Origin: Myxococcota bacterium
GTDB lineage: Bacteria; Myxococcota; UBA4151
Direction: 5' to 3'
Length of the DNA stretch: 64,000 bases
NCBI GenBank assembly: GCA_036338695.1
Contig: JAYZBQ010000076.1
Coordinates: 59,625 to 123,624 of the forward strand
Shown: positions 46,944 to 55,647 of the stretch, one piece after another
How positions within the stretch are numbered: the first letter of the stretch is position 1
How the letters are laid out: each line of letters begins with the position of its first letter
Notes under the pieces: generated by a model
Seen by the model: only the letters and a program-made list of their open reading frames with translations
Database searches by the model: none
Told to the model about the DNA's origin: nothing
Position numbers and translations under genes: made by a program

Positions 46944-47364
46944 TCAATAACTGATGAACGGTCGCAAACAATTCGATTGCCGAAAAGATAGAAAGATCGA
47001 CATCCGTTGAGCGGCGGGCATTTCGCACTCGAACGATGGCAACCCGTTACGGCGGGGTCGCTCATCGGGGCAGGGGATCGTCTTGCCTGCTTCATCCCAG
47101 CACGTGCGACCCCTGACCTGCGCACCTTCCATCCATGTGCTTTCGCTCGCCTTTTGACCGTTTGCGTCACGACAGCTGCGAACGGAGCGTTTGCGTTCGC
47201 AGGTAATCGGAGTTTCTCCCATAAACACTTATGGAGACACGAACGGGCATACCATCACGGAATTTGCCTCCGCCGAGAGCGCACCTCAAGCCCCCCGAAG
47301 GCGCCAATTCGTGATGCACTGTGTTACCCAGAAGCATCGTCCAATGGGGTTTTGGGAAGGACAA
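46944..47364 (-). pseudogene. Degenerate MORN-variant paralogue fragment
   Basis: NGQKASESTWMEGAQVRGRTCWDEAGKTIPCP parallels the C-terminus of 45903..46925 (NGQELVEMWHDGRRVGARTCWDASGYEVPCL); GKFRDGMP sits in another frame. Confidence 0.55.
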
Positions 47365-47421
47365 CGGCGTTCAGCCGTTGGTCAGGTGTGAGCACACCTG
47401 CACGACGGAGAGTGAGCAGTT

Positions 47422-47604
47422 ATGTTTGGATGGTTAAAATCGCTCGGCAGCTCGGACCCGCAAGCCAAGCTCAAGAAGGCGAAAGACAAGAAGTATGACG
47501 AAGCGATCCGGTTTCAACGCGCCGGCGACCTGCGCAGCTACGCCCGCTTGATGACCGAGATTGAAGCGCTGGACCGTGAGCTCGCAGCCAGCGAGCAGCC
47601 CTAG
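47422..47604 (+). CDS. Small helical protein, DUF6435-like
   Basis: MFGW...DP.AKLKK....YDEA..FQRAGDLRSYARL..E pattern; GGAG RBS. Confidence 0.7.
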   Translation: MFGWLKSLGSSDPQAKLKKAKDKKYDEAIRFQRAGDLRSYARLMTEIEALDRELAASEQP

Positions 47605-47678
47605 CCGGATCGACTGGCTTTTGGCGTTGGAGTCGGCGCACCGCGTGGTGTAAGAACAAACGGTGACGAGGGGGTCCA

Positions 47679-48164
47679 ATGGTGCGGCTGCTTGGTGCGA
47701 TCATCTGCCTTTTGCTTGCGCCGCAGGCGGCGCAAAGTGGCGACAGCCAATGCGGTGAGGCGCAGGGTGGCTGCGCCGACAGTGAGCAGGTGGGATCGCC
47801 GGCGCCGGCCGAGCGCAGCGTCGCCGACACCGAGCTCCAACTGTGCAGCCTCTCACCCCGTACGGGCTGGTTTCGCGACGGCTACTGCCGCACCAACGCT
47901 GCTGATACGGGGCGCCACACGGTCTGCGCCCAAGTGACGCAACAGTTTCTGACCTTTACCGCCGCACGAGGCAACGATCTGTCGAGCCCACGTGGGCGTT
48001 TTCCTGGGCTCAAACCGGGTGATCGCTGGTGTCTGTGTGCGGTGCGGTGGGCGGAGGCCTACAAGGCAGGTAAAGCGCCGCCCGTTGACCTCGAGGCGAC
48101 GCACCAGCGAACCTTGCGCTATGTGAACTACGAGGCGCTCCGGAGCGTGGGGCGATCGCAGTGA
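47679..48164 (+). CDS. DUF2237 family protein with an N-terminal signal peptide
   Basis: TGWFRDGYC, HTVCA, RGNDLSSP, FPGLKPGDRWCLCA.RW.EA. Confidence 0.88.
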   Translation: MVRLLGAIICLLLAPQAAQSGDSQCGEAQGGCADSEQVGSPAPAERSVADTELQLCSLSPRTGWFRDGYCRTNAADTGRHTVCAQVTQQFLTFTAARGNDLSSPRGRFPGLKPGDRWCLCAVRWAEAYKAGKAPPVDLEATHQRTLRYVNYEALRSVGRSQ

Positions 48165-48493
48165 ATCAGGTCGCTGAGGATCACCGAGCGCGCTGCCCAC
48201 ACTGCGGCGCCGAGCGCGCCGCTCGGGACCGCGTCTGCGGGGCTTGCGGAAAGCCCCTGCCGCTGATGGAGGTGCGCTGGACGCGTCACCTGATCACGGC
48301 GGTGCTGATCTCGCTGATCCCGGCGGTGTTCGTGTTTCGCTACTCGTGGCAATACGCACAGGACCTGAACAGCCGCAGCACCGCAGTGGCTGCGGTGGCG
48401 TATGGCTTCTACGTCTTCGTCATCTTTTTCGCCGCCACCGCGAGCTTCTTTCTGGGCACGGATTGGCTGCGGATCAACCGCCGAGACGATTGA
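48161..48493 (+). CDS. Zinc-ribbon membrane protein
   Basis: CPHCGA...CGACGKPL followed by two TM helices; GTGA overlap with the upstream stop. Confidence 0.75.
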   Translation: MNQVAEDHRARCPHCGAERAARDRVCGACGKPLPLMEVRWTRHLITAVLISLIPAVFVFRYSWQYAQDLNSRSTAVAAVAYGFYVFVIFFAATASFFLGTDWLRINRRDD

Positions 48494-48500
48494 GCAGGCG

Positions 48501-48575
48501 CTAGAGTCGCCCGATGTAGGTGGCGATGATGACCGCCATAACGGCGGCGGCGAGGAGGGCGCGAACGATGGCCAT
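48501..48575 (-). CDS. Putative 24-aa single-TM small protein (absent from the ORF track)
   Basis: Manual translation MAIVRALLAAAVMAVIIATYIGRL*; AGGAG 7 nt before the ATG; 26 nt downstream of the 48602 gene. Confidence 0.6.
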   Translation of the reverse strand: MAIVRALLAAAVMAVIIATYIGRL

Positions 48576-48601
48576 CGGTGAGCTCCTAGCTTGATTTATG
48601 C

Positions 48602-49894
48602 CTACAAACCGTACGCGAAGGTGAGCCCGCCCTGATAGCCCCCGTCAAGGCTTTGAGCTCGCTTGGTGTTGCCCAGTCGCAGGCCGATCGTGGCCGCGCC
48701 TAGGCGATAAGCGACGTCATAATACAGGTTCGCCGCGTCCGGCGCATAGGCTTGCAGAGGGGTCGGCCAGTCGGTGAACTCGATCCCGAGCGCCATCGGC
48801 ATATTGGGCACGGTGACCCAGGTGAAGCGCAGGTCGGTTCGGCTGCCGACGTTCCCGATGGTCTCGAGCTCCGCTGAGGCATGGGTGCCGGCGATGTCGC
48901 CGATGCGCGCGATGCCCGCTCCACCCATCGTGAAGCCGACCGTGTTGGCGCCGAGGATAAGCCGACCGCCGACGCTGAACCATCGGTGCAGTTCGAGGTT
49001 GATCTCGCTGTAGCCATAGTTGACCCCTGGGGCGTCATCCGCGTGGATCGGCGTCTGATTCACCGTTGGCCATTGACCCCGCATGACGCCAATCCCGAAG
49101 CGGAAGTCATGCAGCAGGTTGAGGGGGCGATAGCGGTACTCGAGCTGTGTCTTCCACAGGTTGTCGCTGCCGGCATCCGTGATGGGGAAGTCTCCGCCGA
49201 GATCGTTGGGGTCTTGATAGCGGCGTCCGTACCTGAGCGCCTGGGCGGCGATCGTGAACTGGCTGCGCTGTCCGCCGAAGCGGGCGAGCTGGCGCTTTTG
49301 CGTCACCGTTTGAGAGTAGCCGACGAGCGAGATCGGATGCGGGTCCTCGCGGCTGGCGAAGTGACTGCGCGTCACGCCCACTTCATCGAGCGAGAGGACC
49401 GCATAGGCCAGCCCGCGCTCCACCCATTCACCGGGAATCGTCGCCACCATGCCACTCTGGCGGCTGGTGATAAAATCGATCTCTTTGCTGCGGCCTTTCA
49501 GCGTCACCACGGCAAAGAGCCTCTTGACGCGCCAGTGCGCGGAGAGCGCCCCGCGTAAGCGGATGGGTTCGCCCGCTTGCGCGCTGATCGGTGGGACGTG
49601 CAAGAAGCTGATCTTTGTCTTGGCTCGAGCGCCTTCTTTCTTCGCTGGAGCGGTCTCTTCCTGGGATCGTCGATCTGGCTTCTTAGCGGCTTTTTTCGCC
49701 GCTTGCGGTAGGAGTAATGGGGCTGAGGCCGCAGCGCCTTGACCCTGAGCTTTGTCGTGAGCCGCCCGCTCTTTCGGCTCCTTTGTCGCCGCTTTCTCTT
49801 GGGATGGTGCCGGGCTCGAGTCTTGAGCGTGGGTTGCCCCTCCAAGCAAGGTCAGAGGGAGCATCAGGGCCAACATGCGATAGATGATCTTCAT
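48602..49894 (-). CDS. Secreted protein: Ig-like domain plus probable C-terminal beta-barrel (paralogue B)
   Basis: Signal peptide (ATHA-Q), low-complexity linker, amphipathic beta strands at the C-terminus. Confidence 0.65.
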   Translation of the reverse strand: MKIIYRMLALMLPLTLLGGATHAQDSSPAPSQEKAATKEPKERAAHDKAQGQGAAASAPLLLPQAAKKAAKKPDRRSQEETAPAKKEGARAKTKISFLHVPPISAQAGEPIRLRGALSAHWRVKRLFAVVTLKGRSKEIDFITSRQSGMVATIPGEWVERGLAYAVLSLDEVGVTRSHFASREDPHPISLVGYSQTVTQKRQLARFGGQRSQFTIAAQALRYGRRYQDPNDLGGDFPITDAGSDNLWKTQLEYRYRPLNLLHDFRFGIGVMRGQWPTVNQTPIHADDAPGVNYGYSEINLELHRWFSVGGRLILGANTVGFTMGGAGIARIGDIAGTHASAELETIGNVGSRTDLRFTWVTVPNMPMALGIEFTDWPTPLQAYAPDAANLYYDVAYRLGAATIGLRLGNTKRAQSLDGGYQGGLTFAYGL

Positions 49895-49896
49895 GG

Positions 49897-51567
49897 TTAC
49901 CACTCCAGTCCGAGGCCACCGCCGACGGTGAAGCCAAAGTGATTAATGGTGCGCGCGTTCCAGCCCAAGAGACCCTGAACCGAGACCTTGTTGGTGATGC
50001 GGTAGCCGGCTTGAGCCGAGAGCTGCACGCCCCAGTCCTTGCTCTGAACGGGCAGGCTGGTCACGACAACGCCCGCCTTGAGCGGTATCTTCTCGAGAAC
50101 GTCGATGTACGCATCGACAAAGCCTTTGCTGCCCAGGTCATCAAGGCTCGCGATGCCAACAACCAGGCGGGTTCGCTCCGCCTCTCCGATGCGTAAGCGC
50201 AGCTCAAAACCGTTCGACTCGCTCGCCGTGTTGCCGACGCCACCTTGATGGTTTCCGCCGGTTAGTCGCGCCGCTAAACCGAGCCACTGCCCCCCGAGCT
50301 CCGCTTCGGCGAAGGCGTAGTTCAAGCTGAGCGCTCGAGCCTCGCCTTCCGCTGGGTCGCTCGGTTCGTTGTCGAGGCATTCTTGGTTGCTGCCCAGCGT
50401 GCATCCGCCCGAGAGGCTGCCAACCCCAAAGGTTACTGCGCGCAGTTGGCGGTAGTTGACGGCATAGCTGATGCTGGTCTCGAACTGGTTGTAGCTGTCT
50501 TGAGCCGTTCCGGGTTGGTTGAAGTCGACCCTGCGTCCCATGAGCTCGACCCGGGTGCGCCCGGGTGCGCCTTCGCCTGGGGGCGTCGGCTTGATCTCGA
50601 CAACGCCGGGTTGACGAGAGGACTTGTAGATCGGCTCAAAACTCGCATCGTCTCGAACCGCCTCGATATAATAGTCGAGCTTGCCGGCTTGGGCGGCGAA
50701 TTTAGCCGGAAGCTGAGCCCGGTAGTAGAAGTCACCGTCTCGCTTCATCTCGACCGTCGTCCAGCCATCGGCCGCTGCAGGCTTGATCCGGCTGCCGTCT
50801 GCGCGCTGAGCGCTCGGTGCGACTAAGAGCGTGACCTTGGTGATCACCTCAGGTGACGTCACGGCCACCACGAGCTCGAGGTCTTCACCGACAAAGATCG
50901 GTTGCGGTTGGTCGGCTCTGGCTTTGATCTTTGGCTTCGTCGGCTTCGGTGCCTTTGCGCTGGGTTGGCTCGTTGGCGTGCGGATCTGCGCTTCGAAGCG
51001 TTGCATGGCGCGCACCTCGCGCCCGACTGCGTCGACGTGGGCGCTGTCGGGAAAAGCAGCGATGAACTGCTCGTAGGCGCGGATGCGGTCGGCGATGGGT
51101 TGACCGAGCACGCCCGCGAAAACCTTCTGCAGCGCCAGGCTGTCCGGCGGTAAGTTTTTGGTGTCACCCGCCGCCAGCAGCGGTTTGGGGGTGTCCGCTT
51201 TGGTGGGGAGCGGCGGTCGAAACACAGCGATGTCGCCGCGCTGGGGCGCTCGAGTCAGCTGATTCCATCGCGTCACGATGCTGAGCTTTTGACCGACCTC
51301 GGAGGGGGTCACGGAGCCGATCGGGAAGCGGTCGACGATCGGCTTGTTCGAGTAAGGGTGGGTCACGACCAAGCGCCGATACAGCTCGATGGAGCGCTTC
51401 GGCAGCAGCCCGTTCTCGCGGCCGAGGTTAATGATGAGTTCTTTTTTGTCGAGCGAGACGATGTAACCCTCAGCGGGTTCGGCGGCGTTGAGCGGCGCTG
51501 AACCGAGCGCGATGGACAGACAGCAAGTCGCCGCAGACAGCTGATAGAGGTTAGCGTTAAAGCTCAT
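49897..51567 (-). CDS. Secreted protein: FlgT-C-like domain, helical segment, Ig-like domain, probable beta-barrel (paralogue A)
   Basis: AAGGAG RBS before ATG 51567; signal peptide; IINLGRENGL motif; YEQFIAAFPDS helix; LDYYIEA; terminal GLGLEW. Confidence 0.65.
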   Translation of the reverse strand: MSFNANLYQLSAATCCLSIALGSAPLNAAEPAEGYIVSLDKKELIINLGRENGLLPKRSIELYRRLVVTHPYSNKPIVDRFPIGSVTPSEVGQKLSIVTRWNQLTRAPQRGDIAVFRPPLPTKADTPKPLLAAGDTKNLPPDSLALQKVFAGVLGQPIADRIRAYEQFIAAFPDSAHVDAVGREVRAMQRFEAQIRTPTSQPSAKAPKPTKPKIKARADQPQPIFVGEDLELVVAVTSPEVITKVTLLVAPSAQRADGSRIKPAAADGWTTVEMKRDGDFYYRAQLPAKFAAQAGKLDYYIEAVRDDASFEPIYKSSRQPGVVEIKPTPPGEGAPGRTRVELMGRRVDFNQPGTAQDSYNQFETSISYAVNYRQLRAVTFGVGSLSGGCTLGSNQECLDNEPSDPAEGEARALSLNYAFAEAELGGQWLGLAARLTGGNHQGGVGNTASESNGFELRLRIGEAERTRLVVGIASLDDLGSKGFVDAYIDVLEKIPLKAGVVVTSLPVQSKDWGVQLSAQAGYRITNKVSVQGLLGWNARTINHFGFTVGGGLGLEW

Positions 51568-51687
51568 CAACAACTCCTTCACGTCGGAATGTGGACGAAC
51601 CTATCATCACGCAGGTAAATGCATGCGTAAAGTTTTGTATTTTTGTGTATTTTGGGTGCCGAGCCGGTGGTGATACGGCTGAGCGCG

Positions 51688-52392
51688 CTACCAGAGGATG
51701 CGCCAACCAATCAGCCCAAAACTGTGTGAGCCCATGGTCGCGACCTGGCTGGTAATCTGTTGCCCAAAGATCATCGCTTGATGATGGATACGGATCAGCG
51801 TGCCGGCGAGCCCGAGCCGCAGGGTCTGGTCTCGCCAGCCCGTCCATGAGACCCCCGCCTCGGTCGCTAAAAGAAGGTCAAATACACCTAAAAGCGTCAA
51901 AGAGCGATCAATTGGGTGCGATACAAAGCTTTTGACACCAACAAGGGGGAGCGACAGGTCGCCCCGCCAGCGCCGTGAGGTGAGCTCGATCGCTAGACCA
52001 CCGCGCGCCGTGAGGCGGCGGTCGAGCGCGCCGCCTCCGTCGAAGAGGACGCTCTGGATAAAGGGCGCAAGCGCAAAGCTCGGGTTGAGCGCTCGGCGGT
52101 AGCTCAGCCCACCGATCGCAAAGCGCTGATGCGGTAAGCCGGGCGCATGCCAACTGTGGGCGATCAAAGAGCCTGAGACCCGGTCGCCCAAGGGGGCGGT
52201 GAGCGCAGCTCGAACGAGCCCGAGCCCGCCTTGAGGGAAGGCGGCGTAGCCTACGCCGAGCTCGAGGCTGCTTGATTCTACCGCTTGCGCGTCGGGGAGC
52301 GCCCAGGTCGCGCCGCTCCCCAAGGCGGTTGCGCTGAACAGCGCCGCAAAGAGGCTAAGGCTGCGAATAGATAAAGAGCACATTGTCTTCAT
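51688..52392 (-). CDS. Hypothetical exported protein, probable beta-rich outer-membrane protein
   Basis: Signal peptide, alternating beta-strand pattern, terminal Trp. Confidence 0.55.
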   Translation of the reverse strand: MKTMCSLSIRSLSLFAALFSATALGSGATWALPDAQAVESSSLELGVGYAAFPQGGLGLVRAALTAPLGDRVSGSLIAHSWHAPGLPHQRFAIGGLSYRRALNPSFALAPFIQSVLFDGGGALDRRLTARGGLAIELTSRRWRGDLSLPLVGVKSFVSHPIDRSLTLLGVFDLLLATEAGVSWTGWRDQTLRLGLAGTLIRIHHQAMIFGQQITSQVATMGSHSFGLIGWRILW

Positions 52393-53677
52393 AGCCTGTC
52401 ACCAGCAGTTCGTTGTCGCCGTCGCCGTCGAAGTCTTCGATGAGCATGCCGCCGGCCTGCCCGAGGTTCGTCTCGAGCGTGTGCTGGACAAATTCACCCG
52501 GGGCTGTCTGCTCGAACAAAAAGATGCGCGGGTCGCCGTCACCGGACACGACCAGGTCGATGTCTCCGTCGTTGTCGGCATCGCCGTAGCCAAAGATGCC
52601 CGGCGCTGCGACGCCGGTGCCCGGGCGCGAGATGATGTCGTCGCTGATGACCTGCTTCGTCCAAGGCGCCCGTAGATCAGAGCTCGGTGTGTAGACGGCG
52701 ACCTCGGAGGCTGGGTCATCGGGGTTCGACGTGGTGTTGGTGTGGTTGCTGCCGACGCCGCGCGTCACGCCGTCACCGAAGAGGTCTTCGATCAGGGTAA
52801 ACTGGATGCTCGGTCCGCTCTGATCATCGATTAGGTGGCGCACCCAGACACCCGCCGGCTGGTCGCTCGAGGGCGCCTCGACCTGCTCCATCCAGGTGTA
52901 GGAGGCGCCTAATCCGGCGAAGTATTCGCCGCTGATCAAGTCGACGTCACCGTCACCGTCGACGTCATGCGGCTCAACGAGGCTCCCGAGGCCGTCGCCG
53001 ATCCGGTGGGGTTCCGTCGCAAATCGACCGGGCTCGAGGGCTTCGAACCAGATCACCTCCGCAGCATAATCGGTCCCAAACGGGGTCCTCATCGACTCAA
53101 GGACGCTGACCAAGTCGAGGTCACCATCTTGGTCGACGTCGACGGGCAGACCCTCATGGATAAAGCGTTCGTTCCCGGGTGAGATGACGTCATGCCGAAC
53201 CCACCCGTCGGAGGTCTGCTCAAACCAGATGAGGCCGCCGCAAGGTGCGGTCCAAGGGACCAGCTGGCAGGTAAGAAAGCCGGTCCCGACGATCACGTCT
53301 TGGCGCCCATCTGCGTTGAGGTCGGCGACGCGTGTGGCGTTCGGCCACTTGATCGTATCCTCGGGCTCAAAGATCGCGCGTTGCGTCCAGTCGGTGAGGT
53401 CGGCGTTGAGCGTAAAGGCGCGCAGCGAGCCGTCAGGGACGGTGAAGCCGACCTGCTTATGAAAGTTCGACACGATTAACTCGGCCTCGCCGTTTGCCTG
53501 CAGCGCGCTTCGGCGCACGAACGCAGGGCCACAGATCCCTTGGGTAAAAGCACGCCGTTCAAGCGTGAGCGAGCCGACGGTGATACGCGTCGTCTCGCCG
53601 TGTGTGTAGGTCGAGCGGCAGGGGTCGGCGCATGCGCTGATCACGAGCGCGAGGAGGCAGACGATGAAAGGCTTCAT
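52355..53677 (-). CDS. FG-GAP/VCBS-repeat (beta-propeller) lipoprotein
   Basis: Lipobox ISAC; five DxDxDGxxD motifs (DLNADGRQD, DVDQDGDLD, DVDGDGDVD, DADNDGDID, DFDGDGDNE). Confidence 0.88.
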   Translation of the reverse strand: MKPFIVCLLALVISACADPCRSTYTHGETTRITVGSLTLERRAFTQGICGPAFVRRSALQANGEAELIVSNFHKQVGFTVPDGSLRAFTLNADLTDWTQRAIFEPEDTIKWPNATRVADLNADGRQDVIVGTGFLTCQLVPWTAPCGGLIWFEQTSDGWVRHDVISPGNERFIHEGLPVDVDQDGDLDLVSVLESMRTPFGTDYAAEVIWFEALEPGRFATEPHRIGDGLGSLVEPHDVDGDGDVDLISGEYFAGLGASYTWMEQVEAPSSDQPAGVWVRHLIDDQSGPSIQFTLIEDLFGDGVTRGVGSNHTNTTSNPDDPASEVAVYTPSSDLRAPWTKQVISDDIISRPGTGVAAPGIFGYGDADNDGDIDLVVSGDGDPRIFLFEQTAPGEFVQHTLETNLGQAGGMLIEDFDGDGDNELLVTGYEDNVLFIYSQP

Positions 53678-54096
53678 GGTAAACTCGCTTGCGTCGGTGT
53701 CGGCCCATCGCATGAGGGCTCGAGGTTAAGCTCGATGGCGTAGCCAAAACCGTTGGGGCTGCTCAGTTCGATGGTTTTTGCGGACTCGATCGGTGTACCG
53801 GGCAAGCAATGCGCGCCGTCGCCGTTGGCGTCTTGCCAAGCGTACAAGCTCAGCCCCTCGCCAGCGTCGCTAGGTACCAGCACCGTCCAGTCGAGGGCGC
53901 CGGGAGCCTCTAACGTCCACGTCGAGATGATCGCCAGCGGTGTCTCGAGCAAGCCCTCACCGGCGCGGGTGTGCATCAACCAGAGCTCGATCGCTCCTTG
54001 CTGCGGCGAGCGCACCTCGCCCTGGAGCCGGACCTCGGTCATCGGCTCGGCGGGCAGACAGGCCGTCCCCAGCGCCATCAGTAAGAGGTACCTCAT
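53674..54096 (-). CDS. Small lipoprotein of unknown function
   Basis: Lipobox GTAC; AWQDANGDG motif; ATGA overlaps on both sides. Confidence 0.7.
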   Translation of the reverse strand: MRYLLLMALGTACLPAEPMTEVRLQGEVRSPQQGAIELWLMHTRAGEGLLETPLAIISTWTLEAPGALDWTVLVPSDAGEGLSLYAWQDANGDGAHCLPGTPIESAKTIELSSPNGFGYAIELNLEPSCDGPTPTQASLP

Positions 54097-54644
54097 CGGC
54101 GGCTCCAGCGAAGCCCGAGCGAAGCGCCAGGGATGGCGAAGACGCCGTCGACCTCGCCAAATACCAAGCGCCCGGTGAGCGTCAGCGCGGGCGAGAGCGC
54201 CCGCTCAACGCCTAGGTGGCACAGCACGCTGTAGAGGGTCTGCGTGCGCCACTCGGTGCGGGCGCCTTGAGCGCTTGCGATGGACAGCTCCCGGAGGCTG
54301 ATGAGTTGGCGGACATCGAGCAGCACGAACGGCGCGTAGCGTCGCTGGTAGCGAAGCCCCACTCGCCCAACCAGCTGCACGCCCTGTCGAGCGACTGACG
54401 GGGATTGGATCACCCACCCACCGGCCGCCTCGGTTTGTGCGGACCATCGAGGCGCCAGCGCAACGTGGCGCTGAACAAAGCCGCGCGCTTCAAAGCGCCG
54501 CGCCAGCGCCGTCTCGGCCTCAAGGCCCGCAGTTGACGCTGCGCCGATGGGCGCGCTCAGGCGGAGCCCTGACCACGGAAAGCCCAGGCTGAGCTCAGCG
54601 CTCGACGCGCTCGCAGCCGCTGCGAGCGCAACCGCCGCGATCAT
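54093..54644 (-). CDS. Hypothetical exported protein, possible small beta-barrel
   Basis: Ala-rich signal peptide, amphipathic strands, ends SLGLRWSRR; translationally coupled. Confidence 0.6.
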   Translation of the reverse strand: MIAAVALAAAASASSAELSLGFPWSGLRLSAPIGAASTAGLEAETALARRFEARGFVQRHVALAPRWSAQTEAAGGWVIQSPSVARQGVQLVGRVGLRYQRRYAPFVLLDVRQLISLRELSIASAQGARTEWRTQTLYSVLCHLGVERALSPALTLTGRLVFGEVDGVFAIPGASLGLRWSRR

Positions 54645-55642
54645 GGCGCCAGCCCAAAGACGCGCTCAAAATTGCCTTTGAAGACGGCTTGCGCCTCGGC
54701 CAGCGTGTAATCCGCCGCCAGCATCGCGTTGCGTGTGCGCTCCGCATAATCAGCGAGAAAGCCCGGGAATTGGGGTCCGTCACTGCCGTAGATCATGCGC
54801 TCGACCAAGCCCTCTTCTTTGGTGCGGCGCATCACCTTTTTGTACAGCGTTCCTTCGGGGTCCGATGCGCCTGAGCCGAGCGCGCTGGCTTCAAAGAAGA
54901 CGTTTTCATAGCGCTTGCCGAGCTCGAGGCACTCCTCGAGGTTGCCCTCTGCCTTGTTGAGAAAATCAAAGCCCATATGACCCAAGATGAACTGCGTCTG
55001 CGGAAAGCGCCGGATCGAGTCCTCAAGATAGACGGGGTTCGTGTACGGAGGGTCGGCGAGCGTCCCGTTGAAAGGAGAAGGCCCCGTGTGCAGGTAGACG
55101 GGTTTGCCCAGCTCGCCCGCTAAGGCGTAGATCGGGTCGTATTGGGGGTCGTCGAAGCGGATGTGCATATGGGCGTGCGCCAGCTTGACCCCAATCATAC
55201 GTGGGTGGCTCAGCGCCTCGCGCAAATTATCGAGCTGCGTCTGCGCCTCAAACGCCCAGTGATCGATCCTTAGACTCGCCATACCCCACAAGCGCTCTGG
55301 CTCCGCATCGAGCAGCTCGATCACCTCAGCGTTCGTCGCAATCCCCACGCTGTGCGGCGCGTAGACCGCGAACACGACCCCCGTCTCAAGTCCTGCGCGG
55401 TCGAGCTGTTCGACGATGCCGGCGGCCGAGAGCGTCTCCTCAGCCAGTGGCTCAGGGTTGAGGCTCAGCGGGAACGGGAAACGAGAGGCGAGATACTCTT
55501 GCGTCCCGGGCGGTATCTGATCCCACTCACCCGTGTGCAGGTGCATGTCGACCGCCGCCAGCAGCTCGCCTTGGTACTCGATCCCGCTGCCTTGGGAGCA
55601 GCCGGTGATCAGCAAGGCGGTGAGGAGGCGCAGGCGTCGCAT
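54641..55642 (-). CDS. Amidohydrolase_2-family metallohydrolase with a lipoprotein signal
   Basis: Lipobox ITGC; DMHLH, GVKL, VYLHTG, ILGHMG, YGSDGP. Confidence 0.88.
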   Translation of the reverse strand: MRRLRLLTALLITGCSQGSGIEYQGELLAAVDMHLHTGEWDQIPPGTQEYLASRFPFPLSLNPEPLAEETLSAAGIVEQLDRAGLETGVVFAVYAPHSVGIATNAEVIELLDAEPERLWGMASLRIDHWAFEAQTQLDNLREALSHPRMIGVKLAHAHMHIRFDDPQYDPIYALAGELGKPVYLHTGPSPFNGTLADPPYTNPVYLEDSIRRFPQTQFILGHMGFDFLNKAEGNLEECLELGKRYENVFFEASALGSGASDPEGTLYKKVMRRTKEEGLVERMIYGSDGPQFPGFLADYAERTRNAMLAADYTLAEAQAVFKGNFERVFGLAP

Positions 55643-55647
55643 GGTCG

